Shown in pieces: positions 31,287-39,206 of a stretch of DNA of 64,000 nt (position 1 is its first letter; every line of letters begins with the position of its first letter). A program made the translations under genes and the position numbers. The stretch is from Desulfosoma sp. (GTDB lineage Bacteria; Desulfobacterota; Syntrophobacteria; Syntrophobacterales; DSM-9756): NCBI GenBank assembly GCA_037481835.1, contig JBBFKW010000003.1, forward strand, positions 1 to 64,000. Reading direction: 5' to 3'. Under the pieces are notes generated by a model that was given only the letters and a program-made list of their open reading frames with translations, did not search any database and was not told the origin of the DNA.

Positions 31287-31355
31287 GCCTTGGGATATCC
31301 ATGGCCGCCCGATGCCAATGGAGCCAATGAGTGGAGAATTAAGAATAGAGGATTT

Positions 31356-31489
31356 GGGAAACTCAAGTGCAGGGTGTGAAAAGGCCGGAGTATCATGGCT
31401 TGTTGCCTTGACAAGACCACGAACCATGAGAGTTCGGCGCTCCAACCCACCCGCCGGTGGGATATCCACGGGCGGTTTGACAGTGTCCC
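31356..31489. other. Structured intergenic element (candidate ncRNA or miniature inverted-repeat element)
   Basis: Terminal inverted repeat GGGAAACTCAA / TTGACAGTGTCCC enclosing a long interrupted stem GCCGGAGTATCATGG...CCATGAGAGTTCGGC. Confidence 0.35.
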
Positions 31490-31511
31490 TTAACTTTGGC
31501 GAGGAATCTGC

Positions 31512-32336
31512 ATGCCCCCCAACGCCGACCCGCCGCAACCGCAAACCAAGAAAACGAGCCCCGAAAATCCTTCCTGCCTCGTGGCTTTCGTCGGAGCCGG
31601 CCCCGGAGACCCGGAACTCATCACGGTCAAGGGGCAAAGGCTTCTTCGGGAAGCGGACCGTGTGATCTACGCCGGCTCCTTGGTTCCGCCAAGCCTTCTC
31701 GGCCTGTGCAAACCGGAAGCGATGCTCACGGACAGCGCCTCCATGACGTTGGAGGAAACCCACGCCGCCATTATGGAAGGGGTGCGCCGCGGGGAACGGG
31801 TGGTTCGACTCCATACGGGAGACCCCAGCCTCTACGGCGCCATCCACGAACAGATGGATCTCCTGGATCGGGAAGGGGTGGCCTACGAAGTGGTGCCCGG
31901 TGTGTCGGCGGTTTTCGCCGCCGCGGCCGAACTCCAATGCCAGCTGACGCTTCCCCAGGTGTCCCAGACGGTCATCATCACCCGGGCGGCTGGAAAGACG
32001 CCGGTTCCCGACCGGGAATCCTTGGAAAGATTGGCGGCTCACGGCGCTACGCTCATTATTTACCTCAGCGTGCAGGTGATTGATGACGTGGTCCGAGCGC
32101 TGGGCACCGCCTACGGACCGAAGACTCCCGTGGTGGTGGCCTATCGCGTCGGCTGGCCCGATGAGCGGATCGTGCGGGGGACCCTGGAGGACATCGCTCA
32201 GCGGGTCCGCACGGCTGGCATCCGACGCCAAGCGCTCATCATGGTCGGCGACGTGTTTGAACAAACTCGGCGGCCGGTGCGCTCCCGCCTTTACGACGGG
32301 TCCTTCGCCCATGGTTTTCGTTCCGCCCGATCCTGA
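31512..32336 (+). CDS. cbiF: Precorrin-4 C11-methyltransferase
   Basis: FVGAGPGDPELITVKG, YAGSLV, RLHTGDPSLYGAI, RSRLYD..F.HGFR. Confidence 0.95.
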   Translation: MPPNADPPQPQTKKTSPENPSCLVAFVGAGPGDPELITVKGQRLLREADRVIYAGSLVPPSLLGLCKPEAMLTDSASMTLEETHAAIMEGVRRGERVVRLHTGDPSLYGAIHEQMDLLDREGVAYEVVPGVSAVFAAAAELQCQLTLPQVSQTVIITRAAGKTPVPDRESLERLAAHGATLIIYLSVQVIDDVVRALGTAYGPKTPVVVAYRVGWPDERIVRGTLEDIAQRVRTAGIRRQALIMVGDVFEQTRRPVRSRLYDGSFAHGFRSARS

Positions 32337-33459
32337 TCTCCCGCACCCCATCGCGGTCATCTCCGTGACGCGACAAGGGACGGCGCTTGCCTTGAGGCTC
32401 ACGGCCGCGCTCCCGAACTGTTCGGCTTATGTTCCGGCTCGGCATGCATTCGCCGTCGCCATGGGCGGAAAACCTTACGATCGGCTTCGCGACCTTTTTG
32501 CGCGGCTGTGGCTGGAAAATCGAGCTCTGGTATGCATCATGGCCGCCGGCATCGTCGTTCGGTGTATCGCGCCTTTGATCCGGTCCAAGACCCGGGATCC
32601 CGCCGTCGTGGTCGTGGACGAACGAGGGTCATACGCCGTCAGTTTGCTTTCGGGCCATCTCGGAGGCGCCAACCGGCTGGCTCAAATCGTCGCCGACCTT
32701 CTGGGAGGCCGGGCGGTGATCACCACGGGGTCCGATGTGTCGCGAAAACCCGCCGTGGACACCATGGCCGCTTCAGCGGGTCTCGTCATGGAAGACATGA
32801 CCTGGGCGGCTCGAGTGACAACGGCCGTCTTGGACGACGAACCCTTCTGGGTGTACGATCCCGACGGCCATCTGGCCAACTACCGTGAAAGCCTTCCCAG
32901 TGCCCTGTGGATTGCGGATGTGGTGCCGCACCCCGACGAGCATCCTTTGGAGGCCTTGGAGGGCGGTCTTTGGGATGCCGCCGCCCGCGCTGCGGGAATG
33001 GATCTTCGAAAGGTTCCAGGCCTTTGGGTTTCCGAGCGCATAAAACCCGACCCATATCCGGCCGTGGTGCTCCGGCCCCGGTGCCTCACCGTCGGGATCG
33101 GCTGCAATCGAAAGACACCCGCGTGGGAAATCGTCCAAGCGGTGCGCGACGTGTTTTACCGCAATCGGCTGGCCCCGAATTCCATTCGGACTGTGGCCAG
33201 TGTGGATGTCAAAGAGGACGAAGCCGGGCTGCGGGAAGCCGCCCGAAGGCTTGAGGTCCCGATTGTTTTCTTTTCCAGGAAATCCTTGCAGGGGCAGCGG
33301 GTTCCCAATCCGTCGCCCATGGTGCACCGGCACATAGGAGTGTCCAGCGTATGCGAAGCCGCAGCCCTCATGGCGGCCTGGAACGGCCGCTTGATCGTGG
33401 AAAAACAGAAAACCCCCAACGTGACCGTGGCCGTGGCCAAGGACGGCTCTGGATCGTGA
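32311..33459 (+). CDS. cbiG: Cobalt-precorrin-5A hydrolase
   Basis: MAAGIVVR, DPAVVVVD, SLLSGHLGGAN, VGIGC, SVCEAAA. Confidence 0.92.
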   Translation: MVFVPPDPDLPHPIAVISVTRQGTALALRLTAALPNCSAYVPARHAFAVAMGGKPYDRLRDLFARLWLENRALVCIMAAGIVVRCIAPLIRSKTRDPAVVVVDERGSYAVSLLSGHLGGANRLAQIVADLLGGRAVITTGSDVSRKPAVDTMAASAGLVMEDMTWAARVTTAVLDDEPFWVYDPDGHLANYRESLPSALWIADVVPHPDEHPLEALEGGLWDAAARAAGMDLRKVPGLWVSERIKPDPYPAVVLRPRCLTVGIGCNRKTPAWEIVQAVRDVFYRNRLAPNSIRTVASVDVKEDEAGLREAARRLEVPIVFFSRKSLQGQRVPNPSPMVHRHIGVSSVCEAAALMAAWNGRLIVEKQKTPNVTVAVAKDGSGS

Positions 33460-34223
33460 GCCTCGGGCCGGGCTCCTCGGAACACCTCACGCCGAGGGCC
33501 GCAGCAGCCCTGAGCGAAGCCGAGGTCGTCGTCGGCTACAAGACCTACGTCGGGCTCGTCTCAGATCTCATTCAGGGAAAGGAAATTCGCTCCAGCGGCA
33601 TGCGAAAGGAAATGGACCGATGCCGGGAAGCTCTGGAGCTGGCCCTGCAAGGCCGACGTGTGGCCTTGGTTTCCGGGGGGGATGCGGGGATTTACGGCAT
33701 GGCGGGCCTCGTGTTCGATCTGTGTCGAGCCCAGGGGGTCGCCGTCCGGGACGGCCGAGGGGATACGGAGGATTGTTCCGAGGCTTTGCCCGTGGAGGTG
33801 ATTCCAGGGGTGGCGGCCTTCAACGCCGCGGCCTCCCTTCTCGGAGCGCCTCTCATGCACGATTTTGCGGCGGTGAGCCTAAGCGATCATCTGACGCCGT
33901 GGGACGTCATCGAAAGGCGCCTGGAAGCGGCGGCCGAGGCCGATTTCGTCATCGCCGTCTACAACCCGCGAAGCGCCACCCGGCCCGACGGCCTGGATCG
34001 CGCCCGTTCCATCCTGCTGCGGCATCGGCCGGGGGACACTCCCGTGGGAGTGGTCCATAAAGCCATGCGGGACGGGCAGCGGCGCCTGCTGACCACCTTG
34101 GCGGGCCTGGACCCGGAAGATGTGGACATGCAGACGGTTCTTCTCGTGGGCAACAGCCGCACCTATGTCTGGAACGGCTGGATGGTCACTCCCCGCGGCT
34201 ACCTGGACAAGTATGGGAGCTAA
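33351..34223 (+). CDS. cbiH: Precorrin-3B C17-methyltransferase
   Basis: SLGPG, VGYKTY, SGGDAGIYGMAG, GAPLMHDF, LSDHLTPW, YNPRS, TPRGY; start ambiguous (33351 or 33456). Confidence 0.92.
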   Translation: MRSRSPHGGLERPLDRGKTENPQRDRGRGQGRLWIVSLGPGSSEHLTPRAAAALSEAEVVVGYKTYVGLVSDLIQGKEIRSSGMRKEMDRCREALELALQGRRVALVSGGDAGIYGMAGLVFDLCRAQGVAVRDGRGDTEDCSEALPVEVIPGVAAFNAAASLLGAPLMHDFAAVSLSDHLTPWDVIERRLEAAAEADFVIAVYNPRSATRPDGLDRARSILLRHRPGDTPVGVVHKAMRDGQRRLLTTLAGLDPEDVDMQTVLLVGNSRTYVWNGWMVTPRGYLDKYGS

Positions 34224-35071
34224 GAAAAACTCGAAGCTTCGGTCTCGACAATGTGCCGAATGGATTCCTCGAGGACTGCCAGCTTCTCGGGGCCCAACTT
34301 GAGGGCTCGAGCGCTTGGTACTGGCGCAAGATCTAAATCGGGCCGCTTGGTCGGTCCCAGTTCCAGCTTGTGGCAGAAGGCGTTGGCCAAATGCACGATC
34401 ACCGTCAGAGCCGGCATGAACTTGGCGGCTCCCGGCCGATGGTGACACCCGATGGCCTCGACGATTTCTTCGGGAAAACGCCATTTTGCCGCAAGCAAGC
34501 GCCCGACCTCGGCATGATCGAAACCAAAGGCATCCTTTTCGAGGGCGGGGAAAGATAAGTCCGGGTCGTTATAAACGTCCTGGATGATGCGGCGCATGGG
34601 TTCGGGATGGTGCGTCAAGAGGATCATCTTGCCCACGTCGTGAAGCAATCCGGCCAGAAAGCATTCTTCCGCCCGTGAAAAGCGCAAGCTGACCGCCAGC
34701 GTTCGAGCCGCCAGGCCGCACCCTACGGCGTGCTCCCACAAGAGTTTTTCCGTAAGGCCGAAAGGGTCGAAAAGATCTCGGGTTATGGACGCAAGCACCA
34801 GGGTTCTCACGGTCTTGAGCCCAATGACCACGACGGCGTCACGAAGCGTGGCGATCGTTCGAGACCGGGCATAGAAAGAGGAATTGGCCAGCTTGAGAAC
34901 CCGCGCCGCCAAGGCGGGATCCCTTGCGAGAACCTTCTGGATTTCGTCAGCGCTGCTGTCCGGTTCAGCAATCTTGCGCAAAGCCTCCGAAGCCACGTGA
35001 GGCATGGGAGGAAGGTCCCCGGTGAGCTGAATCAATGAGTGGAGTTCGGTGGTTGTTGCTGTGGTTTCCAT
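34220..35071 (-). CDS. HDOD domain protein
   Basis: LPPMP, DPALAARVLKLANS, GLLHDVGK, FGFDHAEVG, W.FP, HH. Confidence 0.9.
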   Translation of the reverse strand: METTATTTELHSLIQLTGDLPPMPHVASEALRKIAEPDSSADEIQKVLARDPALAARVLKLANSSFYARSRTIATLRDAVVVIGLKTVRTLVLASITRDLFDPFGLTEKLLWEHAVGCGLAARTLAVSLRFSRAEECFLAGLLHDVGKMILLTHHPEPMRRIIQDVYNDPDLSFPALEKDAFGFDHAEVGRLLAAKWRFPEEIVEAIGCHHRPGAAKFMPALTVIVHLANAFCHKLELGPTKRPDLDLAPVPSARALKLGPEKLAVLEESIRHIVETEASSFS

Positions 35072-35208
35072 GCGGCATCCTTGCGCTCGTGACGGTTGGC
35101 CCTCCGTATCGTTTTCTTATTCGGCACGGCATTGAAGCCTCTTGAGAGGAAAAAAGCTCAAAGGCGCGGGACCATGGCGCCTGCGTTCATTGCCGCTCTG
35201 CGTAGAGC

Positions 35209-35724
35209 TCAGCGAGGTTTGGAGCGGAGGACGTTATAGCTCAAGACGACCAGATCACGGCCCAGCCTTTGGACGTCTTCGAGAGCCAGGTCCATGGAAA
35301 TTTCCGAAGAAAACAAAGAAATGCCGGTTCCGAAGATTTTGGGCGAGACGGTCACGACGAGGTGATGGACGAGGCCCTCGGCGGCGAAAAGCGAATTGAC
35401 CAAGGCCCCGCCGGCGACGACGGCTTCGGTGTAGCCGAGGGATTCCAGCCAGGTGAGGATGCGCCGGGGCGAATCCGATGTGAAGACCAAGTTCGTCCAA
35501 GGGGAGGTGCGGGAGGCGTCCCGGGTCATCACGACGTTGAGACGCCCGGGGAGGGGCTTGCCGAGCGTGTCGAAGGTCCGCGACCCCATGATGACCACCC
35601 CGGCTTTTCGCGTGCGTTCCGAAAAGAACTTCTTGTCTTCCGGCGGGGTCCAGTCAGGGAAATGGTCGGCGTGTTGCGCGATCTTACCGTCCAGAGTCAT
35701 GGCCATAAGCACGGTCACGTCCAT
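35209..35724 (-). CDS. Dihydrofolate reductase / RibD C-terminal family protein
   Basis: AMTLDGKIA, IMGSRTF, PLPGR.N, GG, P.IFG.G. Confidence 0.85.
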   Translation of the reverse strand: MDVTVLMAMTLDGKIAQHADHFPDWTPPEDKKFFSERTRKAGVVIMGSRTFDTLGKPLPGRLNVVMTRDASRTSPWTNLVFTSDSPRRILTWLESLGYTEAVVAGGALVNSLFAAEGLVHHLVVTVSPKIFGTGISLFSSEISMDLALEDVQRLGRDLVVLSYNVLRSKPR

Positions 35725-35739
35725 CAAGCCCCCCTCCGC

Positions 35740-36870
35740 TCAACGGGATTGAAACAGCGGTGCGTATTGGCCGTAGCCTTCCTTTTCCAGATCTTCGGCG
35801 GGGACGAACCGCAGGGCCGCCGAGTTGATGCAGTAGCGCCGCCCCGTGGGAGGCGGGCCGTCATCAAAGACATGGCCCAGGTGCGAGTCCCCGTGGCGGC
35901 TTCGCACTTCAGTGCGGACCATGAAAAGGGACCTATCGGCCCGTTCCACGATGTTGTCCGGCTCGAGAGGGCGGGTGAAACTGGGCCAGCCCGTTCCGGA
36001 ATCAAACTTGTCAATCGAGCTGAACAAAGGTTCCCCGGACACCACATCCACGTAAATGCCCGGGCGTTTGTTGTCCCAATACTCGTTTTGGAACGGAGGC
36101 TCCGTGCCGTTTTGGCGGGTGACCTTGTACTGCATGGGGGTAAGAATTTTTCGCAGCTCCTCGTCCTTGGGCCTGGAAGTGAAGCGCCGCGACGGATCGT
36201 GCGCCTTGGCGCCGGCGTTATCCTTCCAGACGCTTTTCAGGAAGGCGTCGCGCCCGGAAGTCGCCCGGTAAAAATGGTATCGGACCGGGGATTTTTGGTA
36301 GAAATCTTGATGGTAGTCTTCGGCCTTGTAAAATTTTTCAAGCGGGAGGATTTCCGTCACAATGGGCTTGGAGAACCGTCCCGATTCCTGAAGCTTCTGG
36401 CGGGACGCCTCGGCCAGGCGCTTTTGAGCCTGGTCGTGGTAAAAGATGGCCGTGCGGTATTGGGGCCCTCGATCCACGAATTGCCCGCCCGGGTCCGTGG
36501 GGTCGATGTGCCGCCAGAAAACATCGAGCAGCTGTTCATAGGTCACCTTGGAAGGGTCGTAGACGACCTGCACCGCTTCCACATGCCCGGTGCGTCCCGA
36601 TGAAACGTCTTCGTACCTGGGGTTTTCCACATGGCCTCCGGTGTAGCCCGAGAGGACTTCCAGCACTCCGTCAACCTTTTCAAAATCCGATTCCAGGCAC
36701 CAAAAACATCCGCCGGCGAATGTCGCCGTCTTTCTCTCATGCGTTTCATCCCTCATGGCATCCGCTCCGTAGCCCCAAAGGGCCGATAATAAAAAAATCG
36801 TGATTATCGCCATTGTGACACGCCGAAAAGGTCCTCGTGCCTTCATGAGACCAATTGCCGCCTTGATCAT
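35740..36870 (-). CDS. msrAB: Bifunctional peptide methionine sulfoxide reductase with N-terminal hydrophobic leader
   Basis: GGCFWC, AEDYHQ (MsrA); [20 protein letters not shown] (MsrB); RBS GGAGG before ATG 36870. Confidence 0.93.
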   Translation of the reverse strand: MIKAAIGLMKARGPFRRVTMAIITIFLLSALWGYGADAMRDETHERKTATFAGGCFWCLESDFEKVDGVLEVLSGYTGGHVENPRYEDVSSGRTGHVEAVQVVYDPSKVTYEQLLDVFWRHIDPTDPGGQFVDRGPQYRTAIFYHDQAQKRLAEASRQKLQESGRFSKPIVTEILPLEKFYKAEDYHQDFYQKSPVRYHFYRATSGRDAFLKSVWKDNAGAKAHDPSRRFTSRPKDEELRKILTPMQYKVTRQNGTEPPFQNEYWDNKRPGIYVDVVSGEPLFSSIDKFDSGTGWPSFTRPLEPDNIVERADRSLFMVRTEVRSRHGDSHLGHVFDDGPPPTGRRYCINSAALRFVPAEDLEKEGYGQYAPLFQSR

Positions 36871-37054
36871 CGCCGCCTCCGTGGATCGCACGTCTTTTCC
36901 GGTCCATCTCATTTGTCCACGGGATTTCATTAATCACGACAGGGCATCCCTGCACGGCCCCAGTCGACGCAGCGGCACCCGCCGACATGGCGGCCAACCA
37001 CGCACGGGGGCGCCGTGGAGGTTTTGCAGGAAAGCAAGGGTTGTTGGGCATCGG

Positions 37055-37186
37055 TGAGTCGGTGTTGGGGTTCTCTGACTCGGTGTTGGGGTTCGCTTCG
37101 CTCACCCCAACCTACGGGTTTACGGAAGGGTTTCCAGCCTCGGAATCTCGAATGGAGGTTGGGATATGCGCAGCGCACCCCAACAC
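37055..37186. repeat. REP cluster: intact REP, inverted degenerate partner and tandem partial copies
   Basis: 37082-37119 matches 21014-21051; inverted copy GGAGGTTGGGATATGCGCAGCGCACCCCAACAC at 37154-37186; TGA(G/C)TCGGTGTTGGGGTTC repeated at 37055 and 37076. Confidence 0.75.
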
Positions 37187-37233
37187 GAACCGGCAACAAG
37201 CAACCATCGGCCCCAACCGGAACACCGCAATCC

Positions 37234-37266
37234 AAAAAAAAGAGGGCGCCCCAAGGCACCCTCTTT
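37234..37266 (-). terminator. Rho-independent terminator after the FmdB-family gene
   Basis: Minus strand AAAGAGGGTGCC-ttgg-GGCGCCCTCTTTTTTTT. Confidence 0.8.
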
Positions 37267-37285
37267 GCGCATGGAACCCGACGGT

Positions 37286-37450
37286 TCAGCTTTTCTTACT
37301 CGTTTGCGCCGTGAAGACGGACATGAGCTGTTTGACCTTGGCGCTCTTGCATTCAGGGCATTGGACCGGGTTTTTCCCATGCTCAGAAATGCTCTGAATA
37401 ATGGTGAATTCCTTTTGGCAGGACTGGCATTGGTATTCGTACGTCGGCAT
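37286..37450 (-). CDS. FmdB family zinc-ribbon protein
   Basis: MPTYEYQCQSC...CPECKS...LMS.F; RBS GGAGG. Confidence 0.88.
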   Translation of the reverse strand: MPTYEYQCQSCQKEFTIIQSISEHGKNPVQCPECKSAKVKQLMSVFTAQTSKKS

Positions 37451-37585
37451 GGCGTCCTCCTCTTGGATTGACAAGGAATCGTGTCACGCCTCTCGGCGGA
37501 AAGCGCCCTGGGCGCTTTTCCCTTTATACGTATCATGGCGGGTCGGAGCCGCCAAGATGCCCTTCCGATACTCGTCCGCAAGGCC

Positions 37586-37882
37586 TCAACAACATCCCGA
37601 ATCCAGGCTGCAGCAGCCCTCCCCCGAACGGCCGATCATGGTGTTCAGCACCGCCTGGGCGCACCCGACGCCGGCCTGGACGAAGATGGCGTTCGCCGGG
37701 CAGTTTCGCGCACACGCGCCGCACTCCATGCAGGCGTCCCGATCCACCATGCGCGTCGTCCCGTTTTCCCGGACAAAGACACCATGAGGGCACACAACGG
37801 AACAGAGACCGCAGCTTACGCACTTTTCGGGATCCCATCGGAGCGTCACCACGTCCTTCAAATACACAAAACGGCCGATCAT
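37586..37882 (-). CDS. hgcB: Mercury methylation ferredoxin HgcB
   Basis: Two 4Fe-4S motifs incl. CMECGACA.NCP, GVGCA, C-terminal Cys pairs; follows hgcA; RBS GGAGG. Confidence 0.93.
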   Translation of the reverse strand: MIGRFVYLKDVVTLRWDPEKCVSCGLCSVVCPHGVFVRENGTTRMVDRDACMECGACARNCPANAIFVQAGVGCAQAVLNTMIGRSGEGCCSLDSGCC

Positions 37883-37925
37883 GAAAGGCTCCTCCACGGG
37901 GCGAGGCAAGGGACGCAGGTCCCCA

Positions 37926-39086
37926 TCACGCCCCAGCACACAGCGCCCACAGCCACAACCCCACAAGTCCGGCAAAGAGGGCGATTTCCAAGGGTACGGC
38001 CCAACGCATTTCCCGGCGCACGCCGGAAAGGGAAGTGTAGGTCGAGGCTCCCGTAAAGTTCATGGCGAGGAAGGCGGAGACGGCCAAGAGGCCCGAAATC
38101 CAAGAGCCGGCTTCCAGAGGACGGCGAACCGCCGGGTCCAGAAAAGGCCAAAGGATCGCGACGAGAATCCCGCCGGCGAAAAGCCCTTTCGTCGTAAAGG
38201 CCCGGCCGGGAAGCCATGGGAGCAAAAGAGGAGTGAGGACGGCTCCGGCGGCGATTCCCGCCGCAAGAGCGGTCAGGGGACTCCAAGACGCCCTCCATGC
38301 CGCGCTCAGGAAAGGGCCTTTCGAAAGGATCCCGCCGAGGACGAAAAAAGCCACCGCCGCAAGCCCCGCCCATTTGAGGCTGTGGACCAGTTCCACGGGG
38401 ATGAGCGCCATTCGTTCGCGGAAGGGAAATCGTTTGCGCCGCATGGCCTCCGAAGCCTTGTAGCCTTCATCCAAATAGGCGGGAAGGTCTCGAGCGTCCA
38501 CGGGGCCGAAAAGGGCCCGGAATCCCGTTCGAGCCTTGACATGCCGGGCCGCCACGCCGGGGGCCGAAAGCTGAGGCAGGACCACGGTGCCGTGAGAAAC
38601 GATTTCTTTAAGGCGGCAGGCCTGGATGCGGAAAACCACTTCATCCGTGCCGAAGGTGCCTTTGCCCGCAGCGCACCACACATTGATCCCCTTGGTGTCC
38701 ACAACCAGGATCCACGCGTCTCGTCCCGGCAAAGCCGCTCGCAACGCGTCAAAACTCAATTTGTAATTGGCCGTGACCAAGACGGGATCTTTCGGGCCGG
38801 GATTTCCCAAGGCGTACAAGCCGGGATCCACCCTGTAGCGCATCCGCCCGTATCCCCAGCGGACCTTGAAGGCGCCCCATCTATCCCGGGCTGTGAGAGC
38901 GGACGAAACGCGCGGCACGGGGCCGACGGATGTTTCCATGCGGCCGACGACGAAGGGCTGATCCATCCGAGGGGGGCTCACCTGAGCCCGCCTTTTGGGC
39001 GGTCAGCACGAAGATTTCGGCGTCAGCACAGGGCCGCAGCACGGTTGGGCGGTTTGGCGAAGAACATCTGTCGTTCGTGTATCCAT
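37926..39086 (-). CDS. hgcA: Mercury methylation corrinoid protein HgcA, predicted selenoprotein (UGA at codon 28)
   Basis: Cap helix GINVWCAAGKGTFGT, VTANYKLSFD, LPQL.APGV, C-terminal TMs, NFTGASTYTS.SGV; the frame stays open from 38981 up to ATG 39086 except for TGA at 39003-39005. Confidence 0.93.
38974..39005 (-). promoter_or_regulatory. Putative bacterial SECIS element of hgcA
   Basis: TGA-CCGCCCAAAAGGC-GGGCTC-AGGT-GAGCCC: 6-bp stem with a G-containing tetraloop beginning 19 nt after the UGA. Confidence 0.65.
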
Positions 39087-39206
39087 CCGGGGCATCCTTT
39101 CGCGTCGTGGGGAACAGTTTTCACCCAGCCGTGAACTAACCCCGGCAAAGGATTTTTGTCAATCGCCGACGTCTGCCCTAGGATTCCCCCAGGCAGGCGG
39201 ATCCCC

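Noticed and set aside
31287..31511. Cobalamin riboswitch inside the cbi operon
   Set aside because: No recognisable B12 box or GCCACTG/AGYCAG motifs in the right order; kept only as an unexplained structured element.
35118..35140. Sigma54 or sigma28 promoter near the HDOD gene
   Set aside because: GGCAC/TTG and TCAA/CGATA spacings do not fit either consensus.
37039..37119. CRISPR array
   Set aside because: Only two short 21-nt-period copies with no unique spacers and no cas genes; explained by REP duplication.
37586..37594. Sec read-through at the hgcB CC-UGA stop
   Set aside because: HgcB normally ends in Cys residues here and no convincing SECIS hairpin follows.
37883..37975. hgcA-hgcB fusion via the upstream-open hgcB frame
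   Set aside because: hgcB has its own GGAGG RBS and ATG at 37882, and hgcA ends normally after its last TM helix.
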